DNA from: a bacterium
GTDB taxonomy: Bacteria > UBA8248
Length of the DNA: 64,000 nucleotides
NCBI GenBank assembly: GCA_965213625.1
Contig: CBDBZU010000004.1
Coordinates: forward strand, 3,328,001 to 3,392,000
Direction of reading: 5' to 3'
The position numbers were made by a program, and so were the translations under genes. Below are positions 10,819 to 20,418 of this stretch, in pieces. The notes beneath the pieces were generated by a model. It was given only the letters and a program-made list of their open reading frames with translations. It searched no databases and was not told where the DNA came from. Position 1 is the first letter of the stretch; each line of letters begins with the position of its first letter.

Positions 10819-12534
10819 ATCGCTAGACTTCATGGTCGCCTCACCGGGCTGAAGCCTAAGCAAATGAAAGTTTTGGAAAGGCTTTACCGCCGCAAAATTC
10901 CATCCAGTCAATTCATTCATTTAGAACTTGGCCGCGAACTGGCATTTCTATCTCATGAGATCTCGCGTCAGATTGGGCTGCTCATAGATAGACTCGGAAT
11001 CGTGCGCTACGTGATCATCGGAGATGCGCGGGGAATTGAAATTCCGGACCTGGGCCGCGCACGCGCCGGGATGGCCAGACTCAGAGGCCTTCGGTGCGTG
11101 CACACCCACTTGAAAGCCTCCTCGTTGTCCCAAGAAGATTTGACGGATATGGCCCTCTTGCGCCTCGACGCCATGGGAGTCATAGAAGTCGTGGAAGGCG
11201 GGATAGCGGGCCGTTTCCATTTCGCCCACATTACACCCCGGCCTCCTGATTTGAGTGGACAAGCCAACGGCCACTCGACCTTCGCGGAGAATCGCGCTCC
11301 ATGGGAAATCCAGTCGTTCCCAAACCTTGAATCGACCCAGGTCGATATCGAGGTCCTCATAAATTCTCTGGAAAATGAATTTGCACGACTGCAAAAATCA
11401 TCAATTGAGCTCGAAGAGGGAGAGCGCGCCTTGCTGGTGCATCTCGATACGGGGCAGAAATCGAACCGCTCTCCCGAGACCGAGTTCGAGGAATTGGCCC
11501 TCCTCACGCGCGAGGCCGGTTTCATCCCATGCGGACAAATCCTCCAGCGACGCAAAAAGCCGGATCCTCGCTTCGTCATAGGTAGGGGCCGGCTGGCAGA
11601 GGTCCTCATGAACTCGATGCAGGTAGGGGCCGAGGTGCTGTTCTTCTCCAACGAGTTGACGCCATCACAAATCAAGAATTTATCGGAATTCACCGATCTG
11701 AAAATCCTCGACCGGACGCAAATCATTCTCGACATTTTCGCCCAAAGAGCAAAGAGCCGTGTCGGAAAACTCCAGGTGGAACTGGCTTTATTGCGATATA
11801 CCCTACCCCGCATCTCCTCTCAACACACGGCCCTGAGCAGGCTCACCGGTGGTATCGGCGGCAGGGGACCGGGCGAAACGAAGCTAGAAATTCACCGCCG
11901 CCGCGCGTTCGATCGCATTCGCAGGGTTGAGAAAGAACTCGAAAATCTACAAAAAAAACGCTCTCAAGGCAGGCAACTCCGCCAGCGTCGTGAAGTACCG
12001 GTTCTATCTCTAGTGGGTTATACCAATGCGGGTAAATCGACACTGCTGAACGCCTTAACGAATAGCGAGGTAATTGCCGAGAATCGCCTATTCGCCACCT
12101 TGGACACATCGAGCCGAAGACTCAGGCTTCCCCGCGAGCAGGAAGTCATCATCACGGATACCGTCGGGTTCATTCACGACCTCCCCCAGGAGTTGATAGG
12201 AGCGTTCCGCTCGACATTAGAGGAACTGGGTGAGGCGGATCTCCTCCTTCACGTAATCGACGCCTCATCTCCGCATTGTGAGGACAACCTCTTTGCCGTA
12301 GAGAAAATTCTGGGTGAGATAGGATTGAAAGATACGCCTCTCATTCGTGTATTCAACAAAATGGACCAGACAGATGACATCCGTCTGGCCAACTTGTGCC
12401 GCCGGTTTGACGGCATCGCCGTGAGCGGCATAGAACCTGAAAGCCTTGTGCCACTTGTAGAAGAGGCAGCCTCCCGCCTATCGAGCATAGACAAGCAAGA
12501 TGAAACGCAAGAATATGAACAAATCGCAAACTAA
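10819..12534 (+). CDS. hflX: GTPase HflX (long form); probable non-canonical ATC start at 10819, first in-frame ATG at 10864
   Basis: GYTNAGKS, LFATLD, DTVGF, NKMD, GPGETKLE; SD GGGGAG upstream of an in-frame ATC. Confidence 0.93.
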   Translation: MARLHGRLTGLKPKQMKVLERLYRRKIPSSQFIHLELGRELAFLSHEISRQIGLLIDRLGIVRYVIIGDARGIEIPDLGRARAGMARLRGLRCVHTHLKASSLSQEDLTDMALLRLDAMGVIEVVEGGIAGRFHFAHITPRPPDLSGQANGHSTFAENRAPWEIQSFPNLESTQVDIEVLINSLENEFARLQKSSIELEEGERALLVHLDTGQKSNRSPETEFEELALLTREAGFIPCGQILQRRKKPDPRFVIGRGRLAEVLMNSMQVGAEVLFFSNELTPSQIKNLSEFTDLKILDRTQIILDIFAQRAKSRVGKLQVELALLRYTLPRISSQHTALSRLTGGIGGRGPGETKLEIHRRRAFDRIRRVEKELENLQKKRSQGRQLRQRREVPVLSLVGYTNAGKSTLLNALTNSEVIAENRLFATLDTSSRRLRLPREQEVIITDTVGFIHDLPQELIGAFRSTLEELGEADLLLHVIDASSPHCEDNLFAVEKILGEIGLKDTPLIRVFNKMDQTDDIRLANLCRRFDGIAVSGIEPESLVPLVEEAASRLSSIDKQDETQEYEQIAN

Positions 12535-13183
12535 TTTGTACGCTGAACAGAAAATTCTTTTTGCATCTGCCATCTTGCTGAGTATTCTGGTTGGTGGTTG
12601 TGCCGGAGGCAACTTTTCGTCAAAAGACCTTTGGGAAAAAACGAAAACCACGGCTCAATCAGCATACTTCAATACTCAAAAAGCCGTTACGAACACGCTG
12701 ATCTCCATCGGGAAATATCAGCGAGACCATGCATACGGACAAGATGACAAAGAAGAAACACAATCCACAGACGATATAAACAGCAGAAACCCTGCTCTCC
12801 GTCCCGCCGAAACGCCCCGCACGGATGATTGGTTTCCTTCCAAAACTACTACTCCAGTAGAGGAAAACCTTAGGTCCGGACAAGCCCGGCAAACAGCCAG
12901 AACAATCACGCGAGATGAAACCCCGAAAGAAATGCCTTTGCCGCCACGTACAAAAATGACTCTCGAAGAATTGCGTCAACGCATTCAAGATATCGAACGA
13001 GAGCGAATCCGTTCAAAAAATTCTGCGGAAAGGCGCAGACTGGCTGCTGAACTGAAAGAATTGGAGCGAGTGGTGCTTACATACCAAAGAGAAGAAAACA
13101 TCATCGAAGAAATGACGCAATTACGGCGCAGATTGAGAAAACTACAAGAAGATTTGTTCGAGATGCAACAATCCAATCGCTAG
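12515..13183 (+). CDS. Hypothetical lipoprotein with C-terminal coiled coil
   Basis: Hydrophobic stretch ending in LVGGC lipobox; E/R/L-rich helical tail; overlaps hflX end. Confidence 0.7.
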   Translation: MNKSQTNLYAEQKILFASAILLSILVGGCAGGNFSSKDLWEKTKTTAQSAYFNTQKAVTNTLISIGKYQRDHAYGQDDKEETQSTDDINSRNPALRPAETPRTDDWFPSKTTTPVEENLRSGQARQTARTITRDETPKEMPLPPRTKMTLEELRQRIQDIERERIRSKNSAERRRLAAELKELERVVLTYQREENIIEEMTQLRRRLRKLQEDLFEMQQSNR

Positions 13184-13192
13184 AGAGTCAGG

Positions 13193-15940
13193 CTAGTTCA
13201 AAGTATTGCCCGACACAGTCACCAGGCATTCTTTACTCGGATTCATAAAATGATGCGCGGCTTCCCTTACTGCGCTTAAGTCTATATGTTCAATCTGTCG
13301 CTTGGTGTCATCAAGCGTCTCCCAGCCCAAGCCATGGACAAATCTACCCGCCAAGTCGGCCGATCGCGCAAAGGCCCGCTGATGCGCGCGAGACAATCCA
13401 CCAACAAGGTAAGCCTTCGCCCTATTGAATTCCTCCTCGCCAAGACCTTCGGTGCTCACGCGAGTAATTTCTTTCCTCATTAGGTCAATAACGAGCTCTT
13501 CCTTGCCCGCAGGCGTGGCCGCATAAATCGAAATCGGCCCTGGGTCCAGAGACTCGTGAGATGAAACGCTCACATCGTAGGCAAGGCCACGCTTTTCTCT
13601 CAGTTCCAGAAACAGTCCTCCCCCCTGACTCCCCAAGGCCGCTGTTATAATGGCAAGCGCATGTCTGGCCGGATCATGAAATGTTGTTCCCATAAACATC
13701 ATATGAATATGGCTTTGCGAGGCTTCATCGAGCGTGTAGGAACGGAATCGCCTTCTCGAGGGAGTTCTCGGCGAGGCGGGATGAAGGACGGGCGTATCCA
13801 CAGGTGCGCTTTCAGCCCAAGTCTTTAGCATTTTCGGGAGTTGTTGTTCCAAATATTTGGCGTCGAAATTACCGGCTGCCGCGATTACTAGATTCGCAGG
13901 CGTAGCCCTTTTACGCCATTCCCGCCTCAAGACATTTCGGCTGAATGCGGCCATCGCCTTGGACGTCCCGAGTGGATGGCGACCCAACGGGTGTTTGCCG
14001 TACAAGAGTTGATAGCCCTTGAAGCGGCACCATTGCCCCAAGTCGTCGAGTTCGCTATCGCGCTCCGCATTAAGCTCCGCACGAGAGAATTCAACATCAT
14101 CTTCATCAAAAGCCGGCGCAGTCATGACCTCCACGAATTTTCCCATTACCTCGGGCAAAACCGCACTGAGACCGGAGGCAGTAAATCCAAACGTATTTCT
14201 CCCGGAAAACCCATCGATGCTGGCGCCCAAACCCTCCACTTCTTTGGTGTGGGTGAGCGAGGGACATTTCTCCGTAGCCATTGGAGCGACGGACATCATC
14301 AGAGCGTGCAGTCCAGCCTGACGGGCCGATTCATTTCTTTGCCCTCCCGGAAACACGACTCGCAAAGAGAAAACGCGCGGACCACTATCCGGGAGCATAA
14401 CCAAGCGTCCGCCTCTCGGAAGTTTTGTCTCTATTGGTGTGTTTTTGCCTCTCGAGCGTCTTGTATCTTTGAGGTGGCTTCTTTTTTGTGAAGCAGAACG
14501 AGTACGACCGGATACGGTTGATTTATCCCCAGCTCTCTGACTTCGACTTGCAGCGCTTAGTTTTTGCTCAAGACTGTTTTCGAATCCGTTCCATATCGCT
14601 TTGCGAATTCTTCGTGCACCGATTCGCGGCGCTTCTCCCTTGGGGAAGAATACGCCCGCGGTCAATCGTGACGGCGTCAAATAACGCCTCGCCACATCCG
14701 AGACGTCATCCGCATCCACCTCCATAACCATTTTCGTGTAATTCAGATGATAATTCATGTCTCCAGTAATCAGCTCGGAATAACCCGCCACACGAGCGCG
14801 GCCGGTCATGCTCTCGCGCCGAAACTCAAGGCCTGTCAGATAAGTCATACGCACTTTATTCAACTCATTGGGTGTGGGTGGCCTATCCTCGTAAATTTGT
14901 TTCGCCACCTGGAGGATTTGCTCGGCGGCTTTCTCGACATTTTCCGGCGCCGTATATCCGCCCAGGAAAAATAACCCCGGCCCGCCAGTGAGATAGACAT
15001 CCGTAGAAACGTCGAACATCAGCGATGTGTTCATGCAAAGTTGCTCATACAATCGGGAACTCTCGCCCGCTCCCAGAACGATGCCAAGCACTTCTAGCGC
15101 GGGAGCATCCCGATTCGTGAGGGGAGGAATTTCAAAAGCGAGTTCCAGGTGCGCCGTACCCGAGCGTCCGCGTTGAACGACAATGCGCGGACCTTCGTTC
15201 AGAGGAGTCGGCCGGGGAACTTTCGGGAATTTCCTCCGCTGAGGTTTTGGCCATTTGGTGAGCAAACTCTTTTGTTTTTTTCTCAAAATGAATTTTACTC
15301 GTGGGACTTCAAAGGCCCCGGCGATAACCAGGACTGCGGATGAAGGCGCATAGAATTGCTTGTGATATCTCTTCAACTCTGCCGCGCCTATGTTCTTGAG
15401 TGTCTGCCGTGTGCCCAAAATTGTGCGGGCGTAAGGATGCCGGGGACCGTAGGCTTCACGATAGAGGTGATATTGGAGCAACTGATCGGGTTGTTCATAA
15501 GTGCGACTGAATTCCGAGAGAATGACCTGTCTTTCCTGGCGGACCTCGCTCTCGTCGAGTCGTGGCCACCAGAGCGCATCGAGAAGCCCTTCCAGGCACT
15601 TTTCGAATTCGTCCGGCATCGATATCAGATCGTAATGGGTGGTCTCGTTCGTCGTATAGGCGTTGATATCTCCACCGGAAGACTCGGACAGCGAGGCGAG
15701 TTCTCCTACTTCCAAGTTTTCCGAACCCTTGAATATCATATGCTCCAGGAAATGGGAGATGCCCTCGATAGGATCCGTTTCCGTAAGACTACCGACGCGA
15801 AACCATGTTTGTACGCTCACGGCGGGAGCGTTGGAGTCCGGCAGGAAAAGACAGGTGGGTCCACCCTTCATCCGGTAGACGATAGATTTTCTATCTTCAG
15901 AGAATGCATTGCTTACGTCGTTTGAAATTTTTATGAACAT
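13193..15940 (-). CDS. M16 family zinc metallopeptidase (pitrilysin-like, two fused M16 halves)
   Basis: GISHFLEHMIFKG (HxxEH), NAYTT, LFLELREKRGLAY; start uncertain. Confidence 0.92.
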   Translation of the reverse strand: MFIKISNDVSNAFSEDRKSIVYRMKGGPTCLFLPDSNAPAVSVQTWFRVGSLTETDPIEGISHFLEHMIFKGSENLEVGELASLSESSGGDINAYTTNETTHYDLISMPDEFEKCLEGLLDALWWPRLDESEVRQERQVILSEFSRTYEQPDQLLQYHLYREAYGPRHPYARTILGTRQTLKNIGAAELKRYHKQFYAPSSAVLVIAGAFEVPRVKFILRKKQKSLLTKWPKPQRRKFPKVPRPTPLNEGPRIVVQRGRSGTAHLELAFEIPPLTNRDAPALEVLGIVLGAGESSRLYEQLCMNTSLMFDVSTDVYLTGGPGLFFLGGYTAPENVEKAAEQILQVAKQIYEDRPPTPNELNKVRMTYLTGLEFRRESMTGRARVAGYSELITGDMNYHLNYTKMVMEVDADDVSDVARRYLTPSRLTAGVFFPKGEAPRIGARRIRKAIWNGFENSLEQKLSAASRSQRAGDKSTVSGRTRSASQKRSHLKDTRRSRGKNTPIETKLPRGGRLVMLPDSGPRVFSLRVVFPGGQRNESARQAGLHALMMSVAPMATEKCPSLTHTKEVEGLGASIDGFSGRNTFGFTASGLSAVLPEVMGKFVEVMTAPAFDEDDVEFSRAELNAERDSELDDLGQWCRFKGYQLLYGKHPLGRHPLGTSKAMAAFSRNVLRREWRKRATPANLVIAAAGNFDAKYLEQQLPKMLKTWAESAPVDTPVLHPASPRTPSRRRFRSYTLDEASQSHIHMMFMGTTFHDPARHALAIITAALGSQGGGLFLELREKRGLAYDVSVSSHESLDPGPISIYAATPAGKEELVIDLMRKEITRVSTEGLGEEEFNRAKAYLVGGLSRAHQRAFARSADLAGRFVHGLGWETLDDTKRQIEHIDLSAVREAAHHFMNPSKECLVTVSGNTLN

Positions 15941-16140
15941 TATTGAAACAGATTCACTCCAGGTCAAGACGATCGATCCGACGTGCCTTTAATCCGAAAG
16001 AGGCGAATCCCTTGACTTCTAGTCAGCGGAGCGTATCATCCTGTTCTGGCAAAGTCATTCAGGGATGATGTAGGAAGATTCTAAAACCTCGCTCTGAGAA
16101 ATTCCAAAAGAGACTACCATAATTTGAAAAGAGGATAATT

Positions 16141-16482
16141 GTGGAACACATCAAAAGACACGTTTTCGTCTGCATCAATCAACGCCCGCCGACTCACCCG
16201 ATGGGCTGTTGCCAGAGCAAGGGCAGCATAGAGGTCGCCCAAGCAATCACGGAGGCGATTGGCTCGGATGATGAACTCGCCGCGGATACGGCTATGGCGG
16301 GAGCCACTTGTCTGGGTCCGTGCACGATGGGCCCCACTCTGGTCGTATACCCCGAGGGCGTCTGGTATACGGGCGTAAAGGTGGAGGACGTTCCCGAAGT
16401 CATCGAGGAACACCTGAAAAACGGCCGCCCCGTCGAGCGGCTGCGGTTGAGGCTCCCCGGTAATGTCGGAAGCGACGATTAG
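16141..16482 (+). CDS. Thioredoxin-like [2Fe-2S] ferredoxin
   Basis: HVFVC...CC...TCLGPC...VVYPEGVWY. Confidence 0.92.
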   Translation: MEHIKRHVFVCINQRPPTHPMGCCQSKGSIEVAQAITEAIGSDDELAADTAMAGATCLGPCTMGPTLVVYPEGVWYTGVKVEDVPEVIEEHLKNGRPVERLRLRLPGNVGSDD

Positions 16483-16503
16483 ACCCGCCATGGAGAACAA
16501 CCG

Positions 16504-16776
16504 ATGAGCCGAGCGCTGGTAATGCACCCGAAAGACAACGTGGCAACTGTGCTCGAGGACGTCTCCCCCGAGCAGAGCGTGGAAATCGAAGGCGGTGAAA
16601 AGATACTCACGCTCTCTGCATCAGAATCGGTTCCTTTTGGACACAAAATTGCGTTGCGTAAGATCCGCTCGAACGCAAAAGTGCTCAAATACGGCGAGGT
16701 CATCGGCACCGCCACACAAGAGATATCCGTCGGCAGTCACGTTCACGTCCATAACATCAAGAGCACAAGAGGCTAG
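16504..16776 (+). CDS. UxaA family dehydratase small (SAF) subunit, SuyA-like
   Basis: HPKDNVA, PFGHKIAL, KYGEVIG, HVHVHN. Confidence 0.9.
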   Translation: MSRALVMHPKDNVATVLEDVSPEQSVEIEGGEKILTLSASESVPFGHKIALRKIRSNAKVLKYGEVIGTATQEISVGSHVHVHNIKSTRG

Positions 16777-16778
16777 GC

Positions 16779-17957
16779 ATGGCCCGGAAAAAAGCAACTC
16801 CCACTTTCTGGGGCTACAGAAGACCTGAAGGTCCTCCGGGTGGGCGGAATCATCTCGCTATCGTCAGCGGAATGGACAATTCCAACCCCATCGTTCGAAG
16901 AATCGGTTCACTGGTGCGAGACGCCACCCCCGTCAACACCTCGTTCGGACGCGCCCTGATGGGCGAGGACGAGGCGCAACACTGGCGGGTCATGGGGCAC
17001 ACCGCCGCCCACCCGAACGTCGGGGCTGCCATCATCGTGAGCCTCGAACCCAAGAGCGCCAGCGCCATCGCGGAAGTAGCCGCGAGAACATCTCCCTGGA
17101 TGCCCATAGAAGCCGTAAACATCCAGGAGATTGGAGGCACGCTCAGCACCACCTCGCATGTCGTGGAACTCGCAACGAAACTTTCCGCCCATCTCGCATC
17201 CGCCAAGCGCGTCCGTTGTGAATTGGGTGAACTCACCATCGGGGCGGAATGCGGAGGATCAGATACAACCAGCGGCGTCATCTCGAACCCCGTGACGGGC
17301 ATGGTCGCAGACAGGGTCGTGGAAGCGGGGGGTTCGGTTATTTTTTCCGAAACGCTGGAAATCGTGGGCGCCGAGCATCTCCTCGCTCGTCGGGCTGCGG
17401 ACAAAAAAACGGCGCGGAGAATCATCGATTCCGCAAATAGCGCCGTCGATTACGCCGAAAGCATCGGCGTCGACTTCATCGGATCGAATCCGGCGCCGGA
17501 TAACATCCGGGGAGGTCTGTCGTCCATCGAGGAAAAAAGTCTGGGGGCTATAAAAAAAGCAGGGAGCCACCCCATCGTCGAGGTCGTAGGCGTAGGAGAA
17601 CGCCCCTCGAAGAAAGGCACCATCTTCGCCGACGCTCCCTGCGCGGGCGTAGAGAACATCTCCTCCCTGGCGGCCAGCGGGGCGCAGGCGATCATTTTCT
17701 CGACCGGAATCGGCAATCCTATCGGCCATCCCATCTCTCCCACCATCAAAGTGACCGGAAATCCCCGGACCGCGCGGACGATGGCCGAGAACATCGACGT
17801 GGACATCAGCGGCGTCATGGAGGGAACGATGCGAATCGATGAGGCGAAGAATTTGCTCGAAAAAGAACTGATAGCGGTGATGAGCGGTAAACTCACGACA
17901 TCGGAGCTTCTCGGAGAAACCGAACTCACGGTCAGCAGGGCCGCATTAAGCCTCTAA
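16779..17957 (+). CDS. UxaA family dehydratase large subunit, SuyB-like
   Basis: HPNVGA, ECGGSD, GGLSSIEEKSLG. Confidence 0.9.
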   Translation: MARKKATPTFWGYRRPEGPPGGRNHLAIVSGMDNSNPIVRRIGSLVRDATPVNTSFGRALMGEDEAQHWRVMGHTAAHPNVGAAIIVSLEPKSASAIAEVAARTSPWMPIEAVNIQEIGGTLSTTSHVVELATKLSAHLASAKRVRCELGELTIGAECGGSDTTSGVISNPVTGMVADRVVEAGGSVIFSETLEIVGAEHLLARRAADKKTARRIIDSANSAVDYAESIGVDFIGSNPAPDNIRGGLSSIEEKSLGAIKKAGSHPIVEVVGVGERPSKKGTIFADAPCAGVENISSLAASGAQAIIFSTGIGNPIGHPISPTIKVTGNPRTARTMAENIDVDISGVMEGTMRIDEAKNLLEKELIAVMSGKLTTSELLGETELTVSRAALSL

Positions 17958-18004
17958 ATCATCTATTCCAAGCATCTCCAGCCTGGAAGTAGTAGAACCT
18001 CATA

Positions 18005-18517
18005 TTAAAAACCCATGCCCACAATGAGTCGATTCCAGGAGTTAATGAGCGCGATGGCTCCGAGAAGCTCCACAATCTGCGCTTCTGAATAGTGGGCCTT
18101 CAGCGCTTCAAACGTCTCATCCGAAATGCTCACTCCCTGCGTGCTCTCCTCGCAAAGGCGAAGCGCCGCCTTCTCCTTCTCATCGAAGACGTCACTCGAA
18201 GAACCCTCTTGCGCGGCTTTCGTCTTCTCGTCTCCTGCCTTGTGCATCCTTGCCATGTTGGAATGCATGTTGGTGCAAAAATGACACCCGTTTAGCACCG
18301 ACGCCCGAATGTTCAAGATTTCCTTGAAGCCGACGTCGATCTCCCCCGGGCCGTCCGCCACCGTGGTCAGGCTCAGCAAAGAACGCAAAAAATCCGGTTT
18401 GTGGGCCAGCGCCTTTACCGGAGGAATCACGATGCCGAATTGTTTTTTCAGATTCTCCATGATGCGTTTCGCGGATGCTTCCGCCTGCTCGGGCTCTAAC
18501 AAGGAAATCCGTGGCAT
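18005..18517 (-). CDS. Carboxymuconolactone decarboxylase / AhpD-like protein
   Basis: S-x-LNGCHFC-x-x-H motif, INSWNRL. Confidence 0.88.
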   Translation of the reverse strand: MPRISLLEPEQAEASAKRIMENLKKQFGIVIPPVKALAHKPDFLRSLLSLTTVADGPGEIDVGFKEILNIRASVLNGCHFCTNMHSNMARMHKAGDEKTKAAQEGSSSDVFDEKEKAALRLCEESTQGVSISDETFEALKAHYSEAQIVELLGAIALINSWNRLIVGMGF

Positions 18518-18750
18518 TCCATGCTCCTTAGATAGATTCGTCTGAATGTGAGCTTACTAAAAAAAGACATACTCTTTTCACAGATATTTACGCCACCTCA
18601 AGGCTACCGGTCAACGAATACGCTAAAATCATCCCTCTTTCAGCAGCTATACGTATGAGCGCAAGCACATATCATCAACATTTGTTAAACTATGCCCCAT
18701 AATTTGTGTTACCCACATCATGCGCCCAAAACGAGTGGATGGAAGCTGCC

Positions 18751-19578
18751 ATGAGCAAGCAAATGTCCTTACGAGAAGCCGCTTCTCTCATTGAAGGAGG
18801 AGACGCAATAAGTCCCGGCGGCACCCTCTTGCACAGAACACCCGCCGCCCTCATCCGTGAAATTGCGCGCGCGGGCCTTCGGGATCTCATGCTCATCAAA
18901 CCCTCTCCCGGATACGACGCCGATCTCCTTTGCGCCGCAGGGGCCGTGAAGAGAATCATCAGCGGCATCGTCACATTCGAGGCGGAATTCGGATTGGCGC
19001 CTCACTACCGGAAGGCGATTGAAAAGGGCTTGACCGGCCTCACCGAACACGCCTGAGCCAGTGTTCTGGCAGGGCTGCGGGCCGCAGCCTACGGCGTTCC
19101 ATTCCAGCCCATTCGCGGTTTCGACGGGAGCGACATTCCGGAACAAAGCGGCATATTCACGATGGAAGATCCCTACACGAAAGAGGAACTCTATGCGATT
19201 CCCGCTCTCAAGCCGGACTGGGCATTAATACACGTCCAGAAATCTGACCCGCATGGAAACGCGCAAATCCTGGGCAACCAGCAATTCGACGTTGAAATGA
19301 CGCGCGCGGCACAAAATGGCGTCATTCTCACGACCGAGAAAATCGTAGACCCCGAAGAGATCGCAGCGGAACCGGAGAGAACCACCATTCCAGGCTTTCT
19401 CGTCAAAGCTGTTGTGGAAACGCCGGGCGGAGCGTCTCCCTGCAGTTGCCATCCATACTATGGGGTCGACAAAGACGAAATGAAACGTTACATGACCTTG
19501 ACTCAGAGCCCGGACGGGCTTCGGGAATATCTTGCGAGCACCGACAAAACACACACACAAGATGCGGTGACAAAATAG
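18751..19578 (+). CDS. CoA-transferase family I alpha subunit (GctA/IpdA-like) with a single in-frame TGA at 19054-19056; candidate selenoprotein
   Basis: ORFs 18706-19056 and 19162-19578 are in one frame; the sequence reads ...TEHA*ASVLAGLRAAAYGVPF... with family-like residues on both sides; a SECIS-like hairpin follows. Confidence 0.8.
19057..19090 (+). promoter_or_regulatory. Candidate bacterial SECIS element
   Basis: Stem 19072-19079/19083-19090 (GGGCTGCG/CGCAGCCT) with a G-initial loop about 23 nt after UGA; short GCCAG/CTGGC hairpin directly after UGA. Confidence 0.55.
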
Positions 19579-19580
19579 CG

Positions 19581-20333
19581 ATGGGCAATCGTCTGGCTTC
19601 GTTGCCCAAGCACGTAATTCGCGCGGGAAACCAGATGGCCGTCACACTCTCGCGCCTCATCCAAGATGGCGAGAAGGTGTTCCACGGCGTCAACTCCCCG
19701 CTTCCCATGGTCGCGATCTTTTTGGCCAAGAAACGACATGCCCCCAATTGCTCGCTTATAGAAGTCGCGGGTTCGGTGGACCCTCAACCGCGCTTCATGC
19801 CGAATAGCACGGCCGACCCTGAACTCTGCCATGGCGCGGCTTCCATGTTCTACAACCCGGACATGTACGATCTTTTTGCTCGCGGCGGGGTGGACATGGC
19901 TTTCCTGGGGGCCGCCCAACTCGACAAACAAGGGCGAGCCAACATGAGCTACATCGGCGACCCGTTCCAGCCGAAAGTGAAGCTTCCCGGCGGAGGGGGA
20001 GGCGCCGTCATCATGCCTCAGGTGAAACGCACCGTCATATGGCGAACTTTGCACGACAGGCGATTTCTCGTACCCCGGGTCGATTTCTCTACCCAATCAG
20101 GCAGTCTAAGCCACTTGGTGACACCTATCGCTTTGTTCGAGAAAAAACCCACAGGGCTCGAAATTGCCAGTGTTCACCCTGGCCACTCGATGAATGAAGT
20201 GATCGAGAATACCGGCTTCGAACTGGAACACCCGAGCGTCGTGGCGCAAACTACCGCGCCAAACGCCGAAGAACTGAACGCCCTGGAGGAACTCGACCCT
20301 GATGGCGTGCGCTTTACGGAATTCCGTTTTTAG
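19581..20333 (+). CDS. CoA-transferase family I beta subunit (GctB/IpdB-like)
   Basis: FLGAAQLDKQGRAN, LPGGGG, HPG...ENTGF; starts 2 nt after alpha-subunit stop. Confidence 0.9.
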   Translation: MGNRLASLPKHVIRAGNQMAVTLSRLIQDGEKVFHGVNSPLPMVAIFLAKKRHAPNCSLIEVAGSVDPQPRFMPNSTADPELCHGAASMFYNPDMYDLFARGGVDMAFLGAAQLDKQGRANMSYIGDPFQPKVKLPGGGGGAVIMPQVKRTVIWRTLHDRRFLVPRVDFSTQSGSLSHLVTPIALFEKKPTGLEIASVHPGHSMNEVIENTGFELEHPSVVAQTTAPNAEELNALEELDPDGVRFTEFRF

Positions 20334-20418
20334 GTCCCAAACTTGCCACGAAACGAGTATCGTTTCCTTTACAATTTGACACCGATTTCTTCCGGCACGA
20401 CGGATTCAGGAGAATTTC

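Noticed and set aside
18005-18517. AhpD-like protein as a second selenoprotein
   Set aside because: Its CxxC (CHFC) uses ordinary Cys codons and the ORF is uninterrupted.
19054-19056. Genome-wide TGA reassignment (code 4 or 25) explaining the CoA-transferase TGA
   Set aside because: TGA ends genes at expected lengths elsewhere (leuS, arcC, fdrA, the mutase) and other genes have no internal TGA.
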